Both the position numbers and the translations under genes were made by a program. From Fidelibacterota bacterium (lineage in GTDB: Bacteria > Fidelibacterota > Marinisomatia > Marinisomatales > TCS55): a stretch of DNA of 64,000 nt. Of this stretch, positions 62,478 to 64,000 are shown in pieces. The stretch is taken from NCBI GenBank assembly GCA_046861385.1, contig JBHHTW010000002.1, positions 64,001-128,000 of the forward strand, written 5' to 3'. Below the pieces are notes generated by a model. The model searched no databases and was not told where the DNA came from. It was given only the letters and a program-made list of their open reading frames with translations. Within the stretch, counting starts at the first letter, position 1, and each line of letters starts with the position of its first letter.

Positions 62478-62511
62478 AAAAAAAAGCCCTTTAGAAATCC
62501 AAAGGGCTTTT
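62478..62511 (-). terminator. Intrinsic terminator after rpsT
   Basis: aaaagcccttt-agaaatcc-aaagggctttt, with a T-run on the minus strand. Confidence 0.85.
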
Positions 62512-62531
62512 CACTTAAAACAATATAAATA

Positions 62532-62786
62532 TTACGACAATGTTTTTAAATGACGTGAAATACGAGATTTTCTCCTGGCGGCTGTATTTTTTTTAATCAA
62601 TCCCTTACCGACAGCTTTATCAATCGTACTGACAGCGTTATTGTACAGTTTTTGAGCATCTTCTAAGGTTGATGTTTTCATCATATTGCTAACAGCTGAT
62701 CGTAGCTTTGACATTTCAGCGACATTTTGTAACCGCCGCTTTTTGTCTTGCCGTTCACGTTTAATTTGTTGCGGATGTCTATCCAT
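62532..62786 (-). CDS. rpsT: 30S ribosomal protein S20
   Basis: IKRERQ..KRR..N, IDKAVGKGLIKKNTAARRKSR. Confidence 0.95.
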   Translation of the reverse strand: MDRHPQQIKRERQDKKRRLQNVAEMSKLRSAVSNMMKTSTLEDAQKLYNNAVSTIDKAVGKGLIKKNTAARRKSRISRHLKTLS

Positions 62787-62910
62787 TTAAATAAGTCCTT
62801 TTTTAAGTCAAAAATTCGAGCGCAAAGTTATAGTTATTAAGTTAAAATCTCAACTAAAGATTAACTTATTTCATAATTTGAAATACTTATAAAATCACGT
62901 ATTTTCGATT

Positions 62911-63591
62911 ATGAATAAAACCGATCTATTACGAACAGTTCCCATTTTTTCCGAATTACACAGGAATGATGTCAACAAGATATCGGATCGAATGGTCTCA
63001 CGGACCTATGATAAAGGACAAGTTATTTTATTGGAAGAAGCCACGGGAGAAACATTTTTTGTGATTGCAAATGGAAGTGTAAAAATTACCCGATTGAGTG
63101 ATGATGGAAGAGAAGCCATTCTTGCCATTCTTGGAGAAGGAGATTTTTTTGGTGAAATGTCCCTATTGGATGGCTCCGGGCGATCTGCAAACGTGATTTC
63201 ACTTGAAAATTCGGAAGTTCTCACCCTATCCCGGAATGATTTTTTGGAAATTTTAGAAACATATCCCAAAATATCCATCAGCCTACTGGAAGAATTGACC
63301 ATGCGATTGCGTAAAAGCGATCAGCAGATTGAAAGTTTGTCTTTAAGCGATGTTGAGCATCGAATCGGAATGACATTGATCCGCCTTTCTGAAGAATTGG
63401 GGAAAATAAAAAATGGCAAAGTCAGAATCGAAAATATTCCCTATCAGCAGGATATAGCCAATATGGCGGGAACATCCAGAGAGACTGTTTCCAGAACATT
63501 CACCTTGTTCGAGGAAAAAGGAATGATAGAAAAAGAGGGACGGACCTTAGCCATCATCGATTATTCAGCCTTTTGCCAGTTGTTCTCTTAA
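62911..63591 (+). CDS. Crp/Fnr family transcriptional regulator
   Basis: cNMP-binding FFGEMSL..RSA; HTH QQDIANMAGTSRETVSR. Confidence 0.94.
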   Translation: MNKTDLLRTVPIFSELHRNDVNKISDRMVSRTYDKGQVILLEEATGETFFVIANGSVKITRLSDDGREAILAILGEGDFFGEMSLLDGSGRSANVISLENSEVLTLSRNDFLEILETYPKISISLLEELTMRLRKSDQQIESLSLSDVEHRIGMTLIRLSEELGKIKNGKVRIENIPYQQDIANMAGTSRETVSRTFTLFEEKGMIEKEGRTLAIIDYSAFCQLFS

Positions 63592-63608
63592 ATATCTAAA
63601 TTTCATCT

Positions 63609-64000
63609 ATGACAAACTCCTTTTTAGATGGTATTCGCACCAACGATCATCGTGTGCTTTCCAGAGTGATTACCCATATAGAAAATGATCATGGATTAAC
63701 TGACGAATTTTTCATTTCCCTCTATAAATACAGTACAGATGCAATCCGCATTGGAATAACCGGACCGCCGGGAGCCGGAAAAAGTACCTTAACGGATCGA
63801 TTGATTGCGTTATACCTTGAGCACGGGAAATCAGTCGGAGTGGTGGCCGTGGACCCAACCAGCCCGTTTACTGGAGGCGCCTTGCTGGGAGATCGTGTTC
63901 GTATGAATAAATATATCTGGGAAGATCAAGTTTTCATTCGCAGTATGGGGTCCCATGGTGACCTGGGGGGGCTCGCCAGAAAAGCACAGGACGTGGGAGA
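63609..64000 (+). CDS. meaB: Acyl-CoA mutase-associated GTPase, 5' part (truncated by window end)
   Basis: Own translation: RIGITGPPGAGKSTL, VAVDPTSPFTGGALLGDRVRM. Confidence 0.94.
   Translation, partial: MTNSFLDGIRTNDHRVLSRVITHIENDHGLTDEFFISLYKYSTDAIRIGITGPPGAGKSTLTDRLIALYLEHGKSVGVVAVDPTSPFTGGALLGDRVRMNKYIWEDQVFIRSMGSHGDLGGLARKAQDVG

Noticed and set aside
1193-63302. Numerous 60-150 aa antisense or out-of-frame ORFs in the track
   Set aside because: They overlap well-supported genes and have no motifs of their own, as expected for shadow ORFs

Overview
64 kb of a low-GC diderm bacterial chromosome. Gene content suggests the FCB superphylum, probably Ca. Marinimicrobia (inference). Most of it is housekeeping backbone: pdxST, dxs, cstA, an acyl-CoA mutase, a ccm operon, metF-tilS-hpt-ftsH-folP-cdaA, frameshifted prfB, lysS, lolCDE-type genes, clpC, dnaK, tamB/Omp85, a MoxR locus, efp-accBC-gcvH, gmhA-xerD, ftcD, mutL, hutH-guaB, rpsT, crp and meaB. 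Two normally adjacent gene pairs are split by accessory DNA. prfB|lysS holds an M16 peptidase, a lipoprotein, a MITE and REP-like hairpins. mutL|miaA holds four minus-strand genes separated by eroded integron attC-like sites with no integrase in the window, and miaA itself is a multiply broken pseudogene. Intergenic spaces carry several distinct families of small palindromic repeats, including a nested insertion and a 50-bp tandem hairpin array. Protein-level oddities are an archaeal-type (class II) GAPDH, a GGGP synthase bracketed by twin repeats, a Cys-type CcmE, and a mutase with isobutyryl-CoA-mutase signature residues. I found no rRNA, tRNA or CRISPR array, and no clearly novel multi-gene system that the sequence alone could establish.
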